Source: a virus. Taken from it: DNA of 64,000 nucleotides. Positions within the stretch are counted from its first letter, which is position 1. Each line of letters opens with the position of its first letter. Location of the stretch: positions 23,193 through 87,192 of the IMG/VR virus record IMGVR_UViG_3300041586_000126. One strand, written 5' to 3'. Positions 27,324 to 39,000 of the stretch are shown here, piece after piece. The notes under the pieces were generated by a model. That model had not been told where the DNA came from and made no database searches. It saw only the letters and a list, made by a program, of their open reading frames with translations. A program made the position numbers and the translations under genes.

Positions 27324-29164
27324 TGGCAACAAAAAGAAATATAAATTACATAAATAAAGAGTTCTCAGAATTTAGGTCTCAGCTTATTAATTATTCGCAA
27401 ACCTATTTTCCAACAACCTATACTGACTTTACAGACTCCTCACCAGGAATGATGTTTATAGAACAAGCTGCTTATGTTAGTGATGTTTTATCTTTTTACT
27501 TGGATAATCAAGTCCAAGAAAATTTTATGCAATATGTAAGGCAAAGTGATAATTTATATGATTTAGCCTATATGTACGGTTATAAACCTAAAGTAACAGG
27601 CTTAGCCGAAACTACAATGGAATTTTTTCAACAACTCCCTTCTATACAGGTAGGAGATGTTTTCCAACCTGATTATAACTACTGCGTTAATATACCTAGT
27701 AATACTGTCATTACAACCCAAACAGCATCCCCTATAAGTTTTACAATAGAAGATCCTGTAAACTTTTCAGTATCTAGCTCAAATGATCCTACGGAAGTGT
27801 CAGTGGCTCAGATGAATGATAGTCAACCCCTATATTATCTATTAAGAAAAACAAGAAAAGGATTTTCTGGGAAAATTAATACTGAAAGTTTCAGTTTTTC
27901 GGCACCACAAGAATTTCAAACTATAACTTTATCATCCCCTAATATAGCGGGAATTATAGATGTGATAGATTCAGAGGGTAATAAGTGGTATGAAGTAGAC
28001 TACTTAGCTCAAGATTTAGTATATGATAGTTTAAGAAATACTAATATTAATAGTCCTAAAACTTCTGAGGATACTGATACCCCATTTTTACTACAAACTA
28101 AAAATGTACAAAATAGATTTGCAACTCGTTTTCTGTCTTCTACTCAATTACAAATACAATTTGGGTCAGGTAACCCTTTAAACACCACTGAGGATGTTAT
28201 TCCTAATTCTATGAATGTAGGCTTAGGTTTACCTTTCGAACAGAATAAACTAACGGCTGCTTACAGCCCCACTAATTTTATATTTACCAATACCTACGGT
28301 GTATCACCTACTAATACAACCTTAACAATCAGATATTATACTGGAGGTGGGGTTGTTTCGAATGTGTTATCAAATTCCGTTAATTTATTAAATAAAAATG
28401 ATATTACCTTTAATACAAGAAGATTAAATTCTAATACTTCAAACTATATATTTAATACCATAGCTGCTAATAATGTAGTAGCGGCGAGTGGGGGGCAAGA
28501 TGGAGATACAATTGAAGAAATTAGACAGAATTCTATTTCTCAATTCTCTACACAAATGAGAAATGTAACTCGAGATGACTATTTAGTAAGAGCATTAAGT
28601 ATGCCTTCAAAATATGGTGTAGTATCTAAAGCTTTAACTCAAAAACCTAATGCTGAAAGCTCTAATACTACTTTAGAACTATATGTTTTAACTAATGATT
28701 TAAATAACAAATTAACAATTTCCTCTAATTCACTAAAAGAAAATCTTCGTACTTATATTAATCAATACCGAATGATTGGCGATACTATAAGCATTAAAGA
28801 TGCTTTTATAATTAATTTTGGAATTCAATTTGAAATAATAACATATCCTAATTTTAATAATAATGAAGTGACTGAGAGGTGTATATCATCTTTACAAGAT
28901 TATTTCCAAATAGATAAATGGCAAATTAACCAACCCATAATTTTATCTAGTCTTTTTGTATTACTAGATTCACTAGAAGGAGTACAAACGGTTAGAACAA
29001 TTACAGTTGAGAACATAGCAGGAACACTATCTGGATATTCACCTTGGGCTTATGATATGGATGGGGCTAATCAAAATGGTACTATATTCCCATCTCTAGA
29101 CCCTAGTATATTTGAATTAAAATATCCTAACACTGACATTAAAGGAAGAGTAGTAAACATATAA
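27323..29164 (+). CDS. gp6: Baseplate wedge protein, gp6/J-like
   Basis: FSEFRSQLI, DVLSFYLD, QIQFGSG, GGQDGDTIEEIR, RNVTRDDY. Confidence 0.85.
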   Translation: MATKRNINYINKEFSEFRSQLINYSQTYFPTTYTDFTDSSPGMMFIEQAAYVSDVLSFYLDNQVQENFMQYVRQSDNLYDLAYMYGYKPKVTGLAETTMEFFQQLPSIQVGDVFQPDYNYCVNIPSNTVITTQTASPISFTIEDPVNFSVSSSNDPTEVSVAQMNDSQPLYYLLRKTRKGFSGKINTESFSFSAPQEFQTITLSSPNIAGIIDVIDSEGNKWYEVDYLAQDLVYDSLRNTNINSPKTSEDTDTPFLLQTKNVQNRFATRFLSSTQLQIQFGSGNPLNTTEDVIPNSMNVGLGLPFEQNKLTAAYSPTNFIFTNTYGVSPTNTTLTIRYYTGGGVVSNVLSNSVNLLNKNDITFNTRRLNSNTSNYIFNTIAANNVVAASGGQDGDTIEEIRQNSISQFSTQMRNVTRDDYLVRALSMPSKYGVVSKALTQKPNAESSNTTLELYVLTNDLNNKLTISSNSLKENLRTYINQYRMIGDTISIKDAFIINFGIQFEIITYPNFNNNEVTERCISSLQDYFQIDKWQINQPIILSSLFVLLDSLEGVQTVRTITVENIAGTLSGYSPWAYDMDGANQNGTIFPSLDPSIFELKYPNTDIKGRVVNI

Positions 29165-29166
29165 TT

Positions 29167-30336
29167 ATGGCTGTATACAAATTATTTCCCTCACAAGATG
29201 CTTCTATATATAGTGGTAATCCTTCTATGAACACCGGACTTGATCCTATTTTAGATGTAGCTAACTACGTTACAGATATAAACCCTGTATCCAGAGTAGC
29301 AAGATCTTTAGTTAAGTTTGATCAATCCGAAATAGAAGATGTGATTGATTCAATATCTAAGGTAACAGGTTCTTGGGATAACTGGTCAGGAAGTTTAAAA
29401 TTAAATGTAGCTAAGGCAACTAATGTTATTTTAGAATCAAAAATTGAAGTATACCCCATATCAGGCTCATGGAATAATGGTTCTGGGCAACATATGGATA
29501 ATCCCGTTAATCATACAGGAACAAGCTGGGTATTTTCAGATTTTTCAGGTTCAAATAAATGGCCAACTTTAAATCTTCCTCCCTTAGTTACATCCTCTTA
29601 TTCTGGAAGTAGTAATGCTGGTGGGGGAACCTGGTTTACAGGTTCAGGTGGTTATGATGGGGTTGGTTCTTTAGAATTTACTCAATCTTTTAATTTAAGA
29701 AGCAATAAGGATTTAGATATTAATGTAACAGATGCTTTAAAGGTATGGTACTCTTCATCTAAAAATATAAATGAAGGTTTAACTGAAATACCAAATGAAG
29801 GGTTTATAATTAAATGGGAAGACAGTAAGGAATTTTCAACAGAAAGATCAATATCCCCCCAATTAAGTTATTACTCTATTGATACTAATACTATTTACCC
29901 CCCTCAACTAGAAATAAAATGGGATGATTCTGTTTATGAGACTGGGTCTTTAAGTGTAATAGATACCCCACATTTGTTTGTAGCATTGGACAACAACCCG
30001 GGTATATTTTATAGTGAAAGTATAAATAATTTTAGACTAAATGTTCGCCCTGAATTTCCAAAACGTAGTTTTCAAACATCCTCTATTTATACAACTAATT
30101 ACGCCCTACCATCACAATCCCTTTATGCAATTAAAGATTTAGATACTAATGAATTTGTAATAAATTTTGATAAATCATTTACCAACATTAGTTGTGACTC
30201 TACTGGAAGCTTTTTTACTGTTTACATGAGTGGTTTGGAGCCCGAAAGATACTATAGTATATTAATACAGACTAACATAAATGGACAGACCATAGTGATG
30301 GATGAAAACTACTACTTTAAAGTAGTTAACGGATAG
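29167..30336 (+). CDS. Virion structural protein (DNRLRE-like domain)
   Basis: DASIYS...NTG...RSLVKFD...PQLEIKWDD. Confidence 0.65.
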   Translation: MAVYKLFPSQDASIYSGNPSMNTGLDPILDVANYVTDINPVSRVARSLVKFDQSEIEDVIDSISKVTGSWDNWSGSLKLNVAKATNVILESKIEVYPISGSWNNGSGQHMDNPVNHTGTSWVFSDFSGSNKWPTLNLPPLVTSSYSGSSNAGGGTWFTGSGGYDGVGSLEFTQSFNLRSNKDLDINVTDALKVWYSSSKNINEGLTEIPNEGFIIKWEDSKEFSTERSISPQLSYYSIDTNTIYPPQLEIKWDDSVYETGSLSVIDTPHLFVALDNNPGIFYSESINNFRLNVRPEFPKRSFQTSSIYTTNYALPSQSLYAIKDLDTNEFVINFDKSFTNISCDSTGSFFTVYMSGLEPERYYSILIQTNINGQTIVMDENYYFKVVNG

Positions 30337-30343
30337 ATATAAA

Positions 30344-30793
30344 ATGGAGAATAATAATAAAATAAATTTAGTACGAGAAGTATATTCAAAAACAGGATAT
30401 CCTAAAATAATTGATACAAAATTTAATCAGTTAGGGAATATTTCTGTTAATGAACAACTTAATGCTTCAATTACTGTAGATCAATTTTTTGAAACTTACA
30501 CTCAATTATTTTACGATATCCCCTCTTACGGTAATATAAACTCACATGAATACTTAATCACAACAAGCACAGAATATATTGGTTTTGAAGCAGATAACGC
30601 CATTATAAACGCATTACAATCAGAAATAACACAATTAAGAAGAGATTTATTACAATCTCAAATTGATATGGCCGAAACCTTATCAGGAAATAATTTGGGT
30701 ATTGACCTAAACTCCCTAGAAGATGAAAATCTTCAAGGTAATGCCTTTAAGGAAATTCAATCAAGAATTCAACAATCAACAATAGTTAATTAA
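30344..30793 (+). CDS. Baseplate-region hypothetical protein
   Basis: Operon position. Confidence 0.7.
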   Translation: MENNNKINLVREVYSKTGYPKIIDTKFNQLGNISVNEQLNASITVDQFFETYTQLFYDIPSYGNINSHEYLITTSTEYIGFEADNAIINALQSEITQLRRDLLQSQIDMAETLSGNNLGIDLNSLEDENLQGNAFKEIQSRIQQSTIVN

Positions 30794-33700
30794 TGGAAGA
30801 ATTAAATAGTATAACAATCAATCCTGTAGATCCTACTACATTTGAATATCAAGAATATTTAGATAGGGATATTAATTTAATATCTTCTTCAAGGTTAGAT
30901 ACTACATTCACCCCTACTACTGATTACATAGAGTATTATGTATATGATAATTCGGAGCAATTAATATTTCCTAATCCCAATTCTACTTTAGAAATTTATG
31001 ACCAAAGAGATTACAATGTATTAAATGGGGATGTTATTTTATCCCCTGATGGTAACTTAGAAGATTTAGGTTTTGATGAAGGTACTTTTTATTCCACATA
31101 TAATTTTTATAGAAAACAATTAGAATCAGACCAGTTTATTAGGTATTATATCTGTGAAATTAGTAGTGATAGGACTGAAATTAGATTAAAAAGTGCGACT
31201 ATACCTAATGATTTACTTATAAGTTCCTCAAATTCTTTCATAAGATATAGAGATGAAGCTGATTATTTTGTAGATTTTTTACTTAACTTTGGGGGTGACC
31301 AACAAGTAATAGCTAATAACTTAAAATTAGATACAGTAACTGAAGTTGATCCTTCTTTATTAGTTAAGTTATATGAACCTTTACCTGCTAATTTTAACTT
31401 AAAAGATACTTTATGGGTAGTTGAGGAAATTTCTTCCCCTCAAGCCTATAGTGTAACCTTCCCACCTATAATTTTTGCTCCTAACGATTCTCAAATTATT
31501 AAGGGTCCAAATTATAGTATATCAATAACTCAACAAACAGGTGAATCCTCACAGTTATTTAACTATGATACCCTACTAAGTTCAAACGTAACTAGCTCTT
31601 CTGATCAACTTAAAAATCTCCTAAGTAGAAAAGAAATAAGTATAAACGTAGATTATAAAAATTATAATAACTTTATTAAATTTAGTTCGGCACAAACCCG
31701 TTTAGAAAATTTCTATTATAAAGTAGGATTAATACAATCTACTACGGGTCAGATAGATTCTTTACCCTTAAATGATGCTTTTTACAGTGCTAGTAAAGCC
31801 GAGTTATCAACTAATATTGAAAAAATAATCACAAGTTTTGATGGTTATGAGTATTTTTTATATTACGATAGTGGGTCTGCATCATCATATCCTAAATCTA
31901 CTACAACCCCTCCTTATATACTAATGCCTTCAGACAGTGTTATAGTAAAAACATGGTTAGGTAGTGCCGACCCCGAAAATTCTTTTTATGGAGGGCAAGC
32001 TTTAATCGCATCAGAGTATGATAATAATAATCAAGATTATTTATACAACACAATACCCGAATATTTAAGGTCTGACCCAAATAACGAAAAATATGAATTA
32101 TTCGTGGATATGGTGGCTCAACAGTACGATAACACATGGTTATATACTAAGAATATTACCACAAGATTTGACGCGGATAACCGTTTAGATTATGGTATTT
32201 CCAAGGATTTAGTAGCGGATGCTATTAGGGATTTTGGTGTAAAGCTATATTCAAATAATTTTAATACTAATGACTTATATACTGCATTTTTAGGATTAAC
32301 CCCTTCAGGTAGTGATTTCCCATTCCCCTATATGACGGGTTCAATAGATGGTGAAGTTAATACACCTACTGGGTATGAGTACATAGATACTCAAATATCA
32401 GCATCCAATAATATAGTTCCATTGGACGATGTCAATAAGCGATTATATAAACGAATTTACCATAACATACCTTTACTACTTAAGAAAAAAGGCACAATAG
32501 CAGGAATAAGAGCTTTAATAACTGCATATGGTATTCCTAGCACTATTCTAAGAATAAACGAATTTGGTGGGAAGGATAGAAATGATTTTCAAGACTGGGA
32601 TTATAGTCAAGATGTTTTTAATTACGCTTTTTATTCCGATGGGGTAAATAGTACTATGACTTCTTCATTTGAATTAAATAATGGTTTTACACAAACTAGA
32701 CCTAAAACTTTACAATTTAGATTTAAGACACCTGGGATACCTGAAGATTCAAATCCGATACGTCAAAACTTATGGGTTGGAGATAGTAATACATCCTTTA
32801 TTACATTAGATTATAATGAATTAGGGATGACTACTTCAAGTTATAGTGGGTCGACTACCTCCGTATTAAATGCTTATGGAACTTTAACATTTTTTCCTGA
32901 CGGTAATAATGGATTAAATAAAACAGCGAGTATTGATTTACCCTTCTTTGATGGGGGATGGTGGTCAGTAATGGCAACAATAGACTATACAAATCATGAA
33001 ATTCCTGCTTATTTATACTCTGCTAACAGAATTGGAGATCAAATTGGTCATTCTGCTGTAAGTAATGTGACCCATAACTGGCAGTATTTTAATTTGATAA
33101 ATACTTCAAGTTTTCCATACCCTCATAATATGTCTGTAAATGGGGATGAAATAACTCCTTTTGTAGGTTCATATCAAGAAATAAGATATTGGAATACTCC
33201 TTTAAGTGAAAGTTTATTTTATGATTATGTAGTTAATCCCTATTCAACACAAGGTAATACCATTAATATTACCCCTAATGATCTAGCTTTTAGAGCAGAC
33301 TTAGGAACACAGCTAATAACCTCAAGTAGAAAATCCATACATCCCAAAGTAACGGGGTCTTGGGAGATAACGGAATCATTTGCCTCTGGAGACAGTATGT
33401 TTTATGTATCAGGTTCATTTGTAGAAAACAAAGAAACCATATTTTTAAATCAAGTACCTGGAGGTATTAAAAATAGGATAAATGATCAAATACGTATAGC
33501 TCAAGAAGCAACCCCTTCTGGCTCTACATTATCCCCTTATAGGTCAATTCAACAGGATAGTTACCCAAATGGGAGTAATCCAAGTATTAATTATCTAGAG
33601 GTAGCATTTTCACCTACAGATCAGGTTAATGATGATATTATAGCTCAAATTGGTGCTTTTAACCTAGGGGATTATATAGGTGACCCAAGACAAATAACTG

Positions 33701-35973
33701 AATCTGGTACTTCTTATCCTGCTTTGGATGCCTTAAGAGATGAATATTTTACAAAATATATTAGCAGCTATAATATAAATGATTTTATTAGATTAATTTC
33801 ATTTTTTGATAATTCTCTATTTAAAATGATAGAGGATTTTACACCTGCTAGAACAACTTTATCTTCGGGGGTAGTAGTAAAACAAAATTTATTAGAAAGA
33901 AATAGACAAGCTCCTCCTATAGTATCATACACAACCCCTGAATACTCTGGGAGTGTTAAGTCATTCCCCAGAAATTACCAAGTTCCTGATTCTGATACTT
34001 CATTTCCATCATATGGTAATACTAGTGGTTCTGCTATATATAAATTTAGTGGGGGAACCGGTGGAACCTTTGAACCATTTAACAACTTATTCTCAGCCCC
34101 GGCTAGCACTAGTGGTTTAACCGAAACAGAAATTTCGTCCTCTAAATTTTTTGCCCAATATCCTGAGTTTGTACAGCAGTGGAGCGAATCTATAACACCT
34201 TCTTTAGGGATAACTCCTCCATATAATCAAGCTCACCCCGAATTAAATCAACAACCCCCTATAAATTATCCTAGAATTGATCAAAGAGAATTTTATAATG
34301 GAGAATTCGGAAATTCTATACAAGTAAAAGCAAATGAAATCTGTAAAGCATTTTTTGGGCAAGATTCTATTATAGATTATTTCTTTAGAATAGCATGGTT
34401 TAATAATAATAACAAACAAGAACAAGAGTTTTTATCATCTGACTTTTTACCTTCTCCAGGAAATGTTTGGTTTTGGGCAGATACAGTTAATCAAGATGGT
34501 GAACTCACACAGAATTACCCACTTAATATAACACAAAATTTCCAAACATCGTCCTATGGAGCCAATTCTACTTTTTTTACAAATGCCTCTACTACTAGTG
34601 GTAATGGGAGTGGTGCTTCATTTTCCATTACAACAACAACAGACCCTGCAGCACTTTCCTGGTTAAAAGTAGTATCAACAAATCCAGGTAGTGGTTATAA
34701 AAAGAACGATATCGTAACAATATCACAATCAACATTAATAGGCTTAGGTTTTCAATCAGCTACACAAGATTTAATTATAACTTTACTTACTCAGGATGTA
34801 GCAAATAAAGTAACTAATAAAGTATCATATATTAAAATGTCTAATGTTGATGATAATGGGGTAAAAATACTACCTTTTATTATTGATAGTAATTATGCAA
34901 TATTTAAACTAACGAGTGCCTCAGATTGGAGAAATGTTATAATTGAAGGATTTCAAACTTACTATATATCAAACACACTACAACAATCAGGTTCAACCTT
35001 AATAGTAACTAGTGAGTTAGAAGGTTCAGAGGCGGTTAATTCTTTTGATACTAGTTTTTATGATTTAACCTTTAGTGCTAGTGGGGTATTTAGTTATTCT
35101 GCTACCTCTTCGGGGGAAGATCCTAATGTTATACCTTCTTCAGGAATTACAGAATCTATATCTCAAGGTTATTTCCCACCTATACCCTCATTTCCAACAG
35201 AATCATTCTTTAGAGGGTGGTCACAGGCTGATTATTTCCAAACATCTGCTACAGGGGATGTTTACCGAGTATCTTCAGGTAGTGGATTCAACACTGATAC
35301 TTTTGGTAATTTTAATACAGGTTCAACTGAATTTGATGGCGATGATACCAACACTGTAAGTAATATCCCATGGTTTATGAATGCCAAAGCTTCAACATAC
35401 CATGCTTTAAGTGCTTCTTCTACAATAACAAACTCCCAAAGAATTGATAAATTATATCTATATGAAGGAGATATTACGGCATCATCCGTTCCAATAGGTC
35501 CAGCCTATAACATATATACACCACCACCACCTGTAACAATTGACATCCAAATTGAAATGGTAACCCCAGTTAGTCCTATATTAACTACTACTTGTGTAAG
35601 TGGGTGGTCTATGCCTCCTGATAACTCCAACCTTGACGCTTCAATGAATATAAATGTAAACGGAGATCCTAACATACAATATTATATGGTATTTAAAAAT
35701 TTAAATGATGTTATAATCTCCCAACCTAGTTGGATTACGATTGTAGGTGATGGTAGTCCTTTAATGATACCGGGTTCTAATAATTTATATAGCGGGAATA
35801 GAACACTAACTCTTAGGGCCTCACCTGGTGGAAACGTTGTTGTAGATGGACCAACTGAAGTAAGAAGTGTTAAAAGTGTTATAGTAAATAATGATGATCT
35901 TAATAATCAATCTTCTTGTACCTTAACACAAGAAATATATACCGAAGGTTCATCACAAGGGGGAGGACTTTAA
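30793..35973 (+). CDS. Large baseplate/virion structural protein
   Basis: 1726 aa; IPEYLR and LLKKKGTIAGIRALI (gp7/tail-P2-I-like) motifs; LamG-like segment. Confidence 0.75.
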   Translation: MEELNSITINPVDPTTFEYQEYLDRDINLISSSRLDTTFTPTTDYIEYYVYDNSEQLIFPNPNSTLEIYDQRDYNVLNGDVILSPDGNLEDLGFDEGTFYSTYNFYRKQLESDQFIRYYICEISSDRTEIRLKSATIPNDLLISSSNSFIRYRDEADYFVDFLLNFGGDQQVIANNLKLDTVTEVDPSLLVKLYEPLPANFNLKDTLWVVEEISSPQAYSVTFPPIIFAPNDSQIIKGPNYSISITQQTGESSQLFNYDTLLSSNVTSSSDQLKNLLSRKEISINVDYKNYNNFIKFSSAQTRLENFYYKVGLIQSTTGQIDSLPLNDAFYSASKAELSTNIEKIITSFDGYEYFLYYDSGSASSYPKSTTTPPYILMPSDSVIVKTWLGSADPENSFYGGQALIASEYDNNNQDYLYNTIPEYLRSDPNNEKYELFVDMVAQQYDNTWLYTKNITTRFDADNRLDYGISKDLVADAIRDFGVKLYSNNFNTNDLYTAFLGLTPSGSDFPFPYMTGSIDGEVNTPTGYEYIDTQISASNNIVPLDDVNKRLYKRIYHNIPLLLKKKGTIAGIRALITAYGIPSTILRINEFGGKDRNDFQDWDYSQDVFNYAFYSDGVNSTMTSSFELNNGFTQTRPKTLQFRFKTPGIPEDSNPIRQNLWVGDSNTSFITLDYNELGMTTSSYSGSTTSVLNAYGTLTFFPDGNNGLNKTASIDLPFFDGGWWSVMATIDYTNHEIPAYLYSANRIGDQIGHSAVSNVTHNWQYFNLINTSSFPYPHNMSVNGDEITPFVGSYQEIRYWNTPLSESLFYDYVVNPYSTQGNTINITPNDLAFRADLGTQLITSSRKSIHPKVTGSWEITESFASGDSMFYVSGSFVENKETIFLNQVPGGIKNRINDQIRIAQEATPSGSTLSPYRSIQQDSYPNGSNPSINYLEVAFSPTDQVNDDIIAQIGAFNLGDYIGDPRQITESGTSYPALDALRDEYFTKYISSYNINDFIRLISFFDNSLFKMIEDFTPARTTLSSGVVVKQNLLERNRQAPPIVSYTTPEYSGSVKSFPRNYQVPDSDTSFPSYGNTSGSAIYKFSGGTGGTFEPFNNLFSAPASTSGLTETEISSSKFFAQYPEFVQQWSESITPSLGITPPYNQAHPELNQQPPINYPRIDQREFYNGEFGNSIQVKANEICKAFFGQDSIIDYFFRIAWFNNNNKQEQEFLSSDFLPSPGNVWFWADTVNQDGELTQNYPLNITQNFQTSSYGANSTFFTNASTTSGNGSGASFSITTTTDPAALSWLKVVSTNPGSGYKKNDIVTISQSTLIGLGFQSATQDLIITLLTQDVANKVTNKVSYIKMSNVDDNGVKILPFIIDSNYAIFKLTSASDWRNVIIEGFQTYYISNTLQQSGSTLIVTSELEGSEAVNSFDTSFYDLTFSASGVFSYSATSSGEDPNVIPSSGITESISQGYFPPIPSFPTESFFRGWSQADYFQTSATGDVYRVSSGSGFNTDTFGNFNTGSTEFDGDDTNTVSNIPWFMNAKASTYHALSASSTITNSQRIDKLYLYEGDITASSVPIGPAYNIYTPPPPVTIDIQIEMVTPVSPILTTTCVSGWSMPPDNSNLDASMNINVNGDPNIQYYMVFKNLNDVIISQPSWITIVGDGSPLMIPGSNNLYSGNRTLTLRASPGGNVVVDGPTEVRSVKSVIVNNDDLNNQSSCTLTQEIYTEGSSQGGGL

Positions 35974-36028
35974 TGTAGTCCATAATATTAAAAAAATAGT
36001 TTCAAAATATTTATAACAAAACAACGAA

Positions 36029-39000
36029 ATGCCAACACAAACCCCAGACATACAATATTACTTTAAGGAAACAACTAATCAAATATTAGTGTCAGGTTCT
36101 TCTCCAATAAATACCCAATTAGAGTCTATTAAAGATCCCACAACAGTATTTGATCAAAATTATACTGCTAAAATATCGTCATTAGGGGCTAATATGTCTT
36201 ATGTAGTCCAAAATGGTGTTGAGTTTACTAATTTAATATTAAACAACAACTTAACATACCCCTCACAAACAACAACCTCCACCACTACTGTTACTCTACC
36301 AAAAAATGGTAGCAAAAAGGGTATTAATGGTGAATTTCAAATAAGTTCTGCAGGAACTAATATTAATGAAATTATAGTTGTAAATACGGGTTTGGGGTAC
36401 CAAGTAGGGGAAACAATTACATTCACTCAGTCAGAATTACTATCAGAGGGTTTTACAGGTATTTCCGGGGATATAATTATCACTCTAAGTGGAAACAACA
36501 TAGTAGAATCATCTACAATTATCCCACTTGAAAGTGACCAAGAACTATGGGTATATAGGGGATATAATACATCTAGTGGGGACGGTAATACTTATAGATA
36601 TAACCCTCACCTACATAGACCCTATAAAGCCTATATAGTAACAGAAACAGGATCAGGAATCCCTACATCTGCTTTTATACCAGTAGGTGGTCCCATAAGA
36701 AATACTAGTATAAATAGTAATGTAGACATACCTAGTTTTTTTCTAGAGGGAACACTAGCTTCATTAGGTAATGGGGTTTTAAATGGCACACCCCAAATTA
36801 ATATTGCAGTAAGTGGATCATTTCAAGTATTCCATGAACAGATGTCAGTTTACCCTTGGGTTTTTACACAATACACCTCCTTACCTTCTCCCCCAACCCT
36901 AGGAGCACAATGGCGTCTATATCTAGAAAATGCCGAAGTATCTTCATCCAATTATGAATTTAATACTACAACAACCCAAGCTCCTGGGAATTCTAAAATA
37001 TCTTATAACAGTTCAACTATAGCTTCCATAACTGAAGTTAAAGTAGGTCCTGAAACTGCATTGTATAATACTTTAATAACACTATCAAATTCAGTAACAA
37101 CCTACGGTAAAGAACCTGGGATGATAAAAATACAACAAACCTCAGAAAATACAAATTTTATATTATTTGAAATAGATGCTGTAGTAGCAACATCATCTTC
37201 ACCACTTACTGTTGATTTTTATGTAGAATTAACTGTAAGTAATGCTATTATAGGTTCGGGGTATACTAGCTTAAATAACGACGAACCCTTAGAAATAACA
37301 CTCTCTGAATTTAGCGAACTTAAAAATAACCTCTTTCAACAACAAACTAGTGGTGTTAATTTTTCACCTCAAGTATATCAAAATAATACATTAATAAATG
37401 GTATTTATACTTATACAAGTAGTATAGTACCTCCCTTTGGAACTAATACTAATGGTAATAATGCAATAGGGACTACCCAATTTGGTTTATGTACTGCTTT
37501 AAATTATTTTGTAACATATAAGGCATCCCATAACCTCCAATTAGGTAACCCTCCCATAGACATATTGTTTTCTGCGAGTAATGCTACTATAACTCCAACC
37601 ACCTTTACTTTGGATAGTGGATATGGAGCACAATTTAATGCTTTAGCCGGTTCTCCATCTGCAGCAGGTTTTGATATAGAACCTGATGGTACTTATTCTT
37701 CCCCTACTTTAAATATAGAAATAATAAATACAAATGTAATAACTAATTTTTTACCACCTAACTTATTTTCAACAAGGTGGAAAGATACTTACATATCATA
37801 CTCAGAATCAATATCATCTAGTTTAGATGGTTTATATATATTTAATCAGTTACCACAGAATGATGTGGAGGTAACCGCCTCTATGTTTTTAACATCATGG
37901 ACTGATAGCGATACTTCGGGTGCACAATACGCGGCAGCTATATATGGCACAAACTCATATGGGGAGGGTGATGCTGGCGGTGGTCCAACTTGGCCTACGG
38001 CATCAATTCGAATATATACAGGCAGTTATCCTAATTCTATCCCCTCAATAGGGGATGCATTTGCAGTCGAGGAAGTATTTCAAAATTCTGATATCCATGT
38101 TAATGGTTTAGCTATAACCATGAGTTATCTAATCCCTTCTCAATCAATTAATATTAGAGATTGTTTATCTTTAGCATTACAAGTGTCATCGGGTTCTGCA
38201 AACCCCTCTTCAGTAGAAAATTCTTTAGTAGTGCAAAACTACCAATTAGAATTTAACGTACAAGCCAGCCCTCTAGAAGGTGATGGTTTAGTTCCTACGT
38301 TTATAGAAAATGCTTTTGAGGGGACAAATGGATTTAGTAAAGCTTTGGATTGTCAGCCTTTTTTAAATAATGTTAATGAGGAACGCGAAAATAAAGATAT
38401 ACAAATAGTTAATTATTCAACAGGTATATACAAACCTTCAAATTTTGAATTAATAATAAGTGGGTCGGCACGAAAATCCACAGTACCTCTTTCAAACTAC
38501 ACACAGTTAGCTTCTATAAATAATAAATATGTAGGTAGTAGATCAACAGCCCAGGATTTTAATGTAGCTGTTGAACAAGATTCAACGGAATATACATATG
38601 GAAATGTACCTGTAGTGGATTATCAAAATGCATTTTTTGCATATTGTGAGCAAATTACAGACCCTTACCCTGTAATAAATGATAAGATACAATTTAACAT
38701 TAAGTATTTAATTAATGCTGGTGGTGATGTTAACAACCCTAACCTATCACCTTACACTGCTTTTGATATTGAGGGTACTTGGGTAGAGACGACAGACCCA
38801 TTATCAAAACAATATGGTAAAGTAGGTATGAATCAACAAGGAGGAGTTACCTCATATAATATATTAAATGGTGAACAAGAAATAGAAAAGGTAGCAAAAC
38901 AATTAGTTCCTGTTTTATATTCTCAAACATCATCTAATGGTTATCAAAGTTTTATTCCTATAAAGGGAACAACTATCCCTGAATATAAACCCGCATTTAC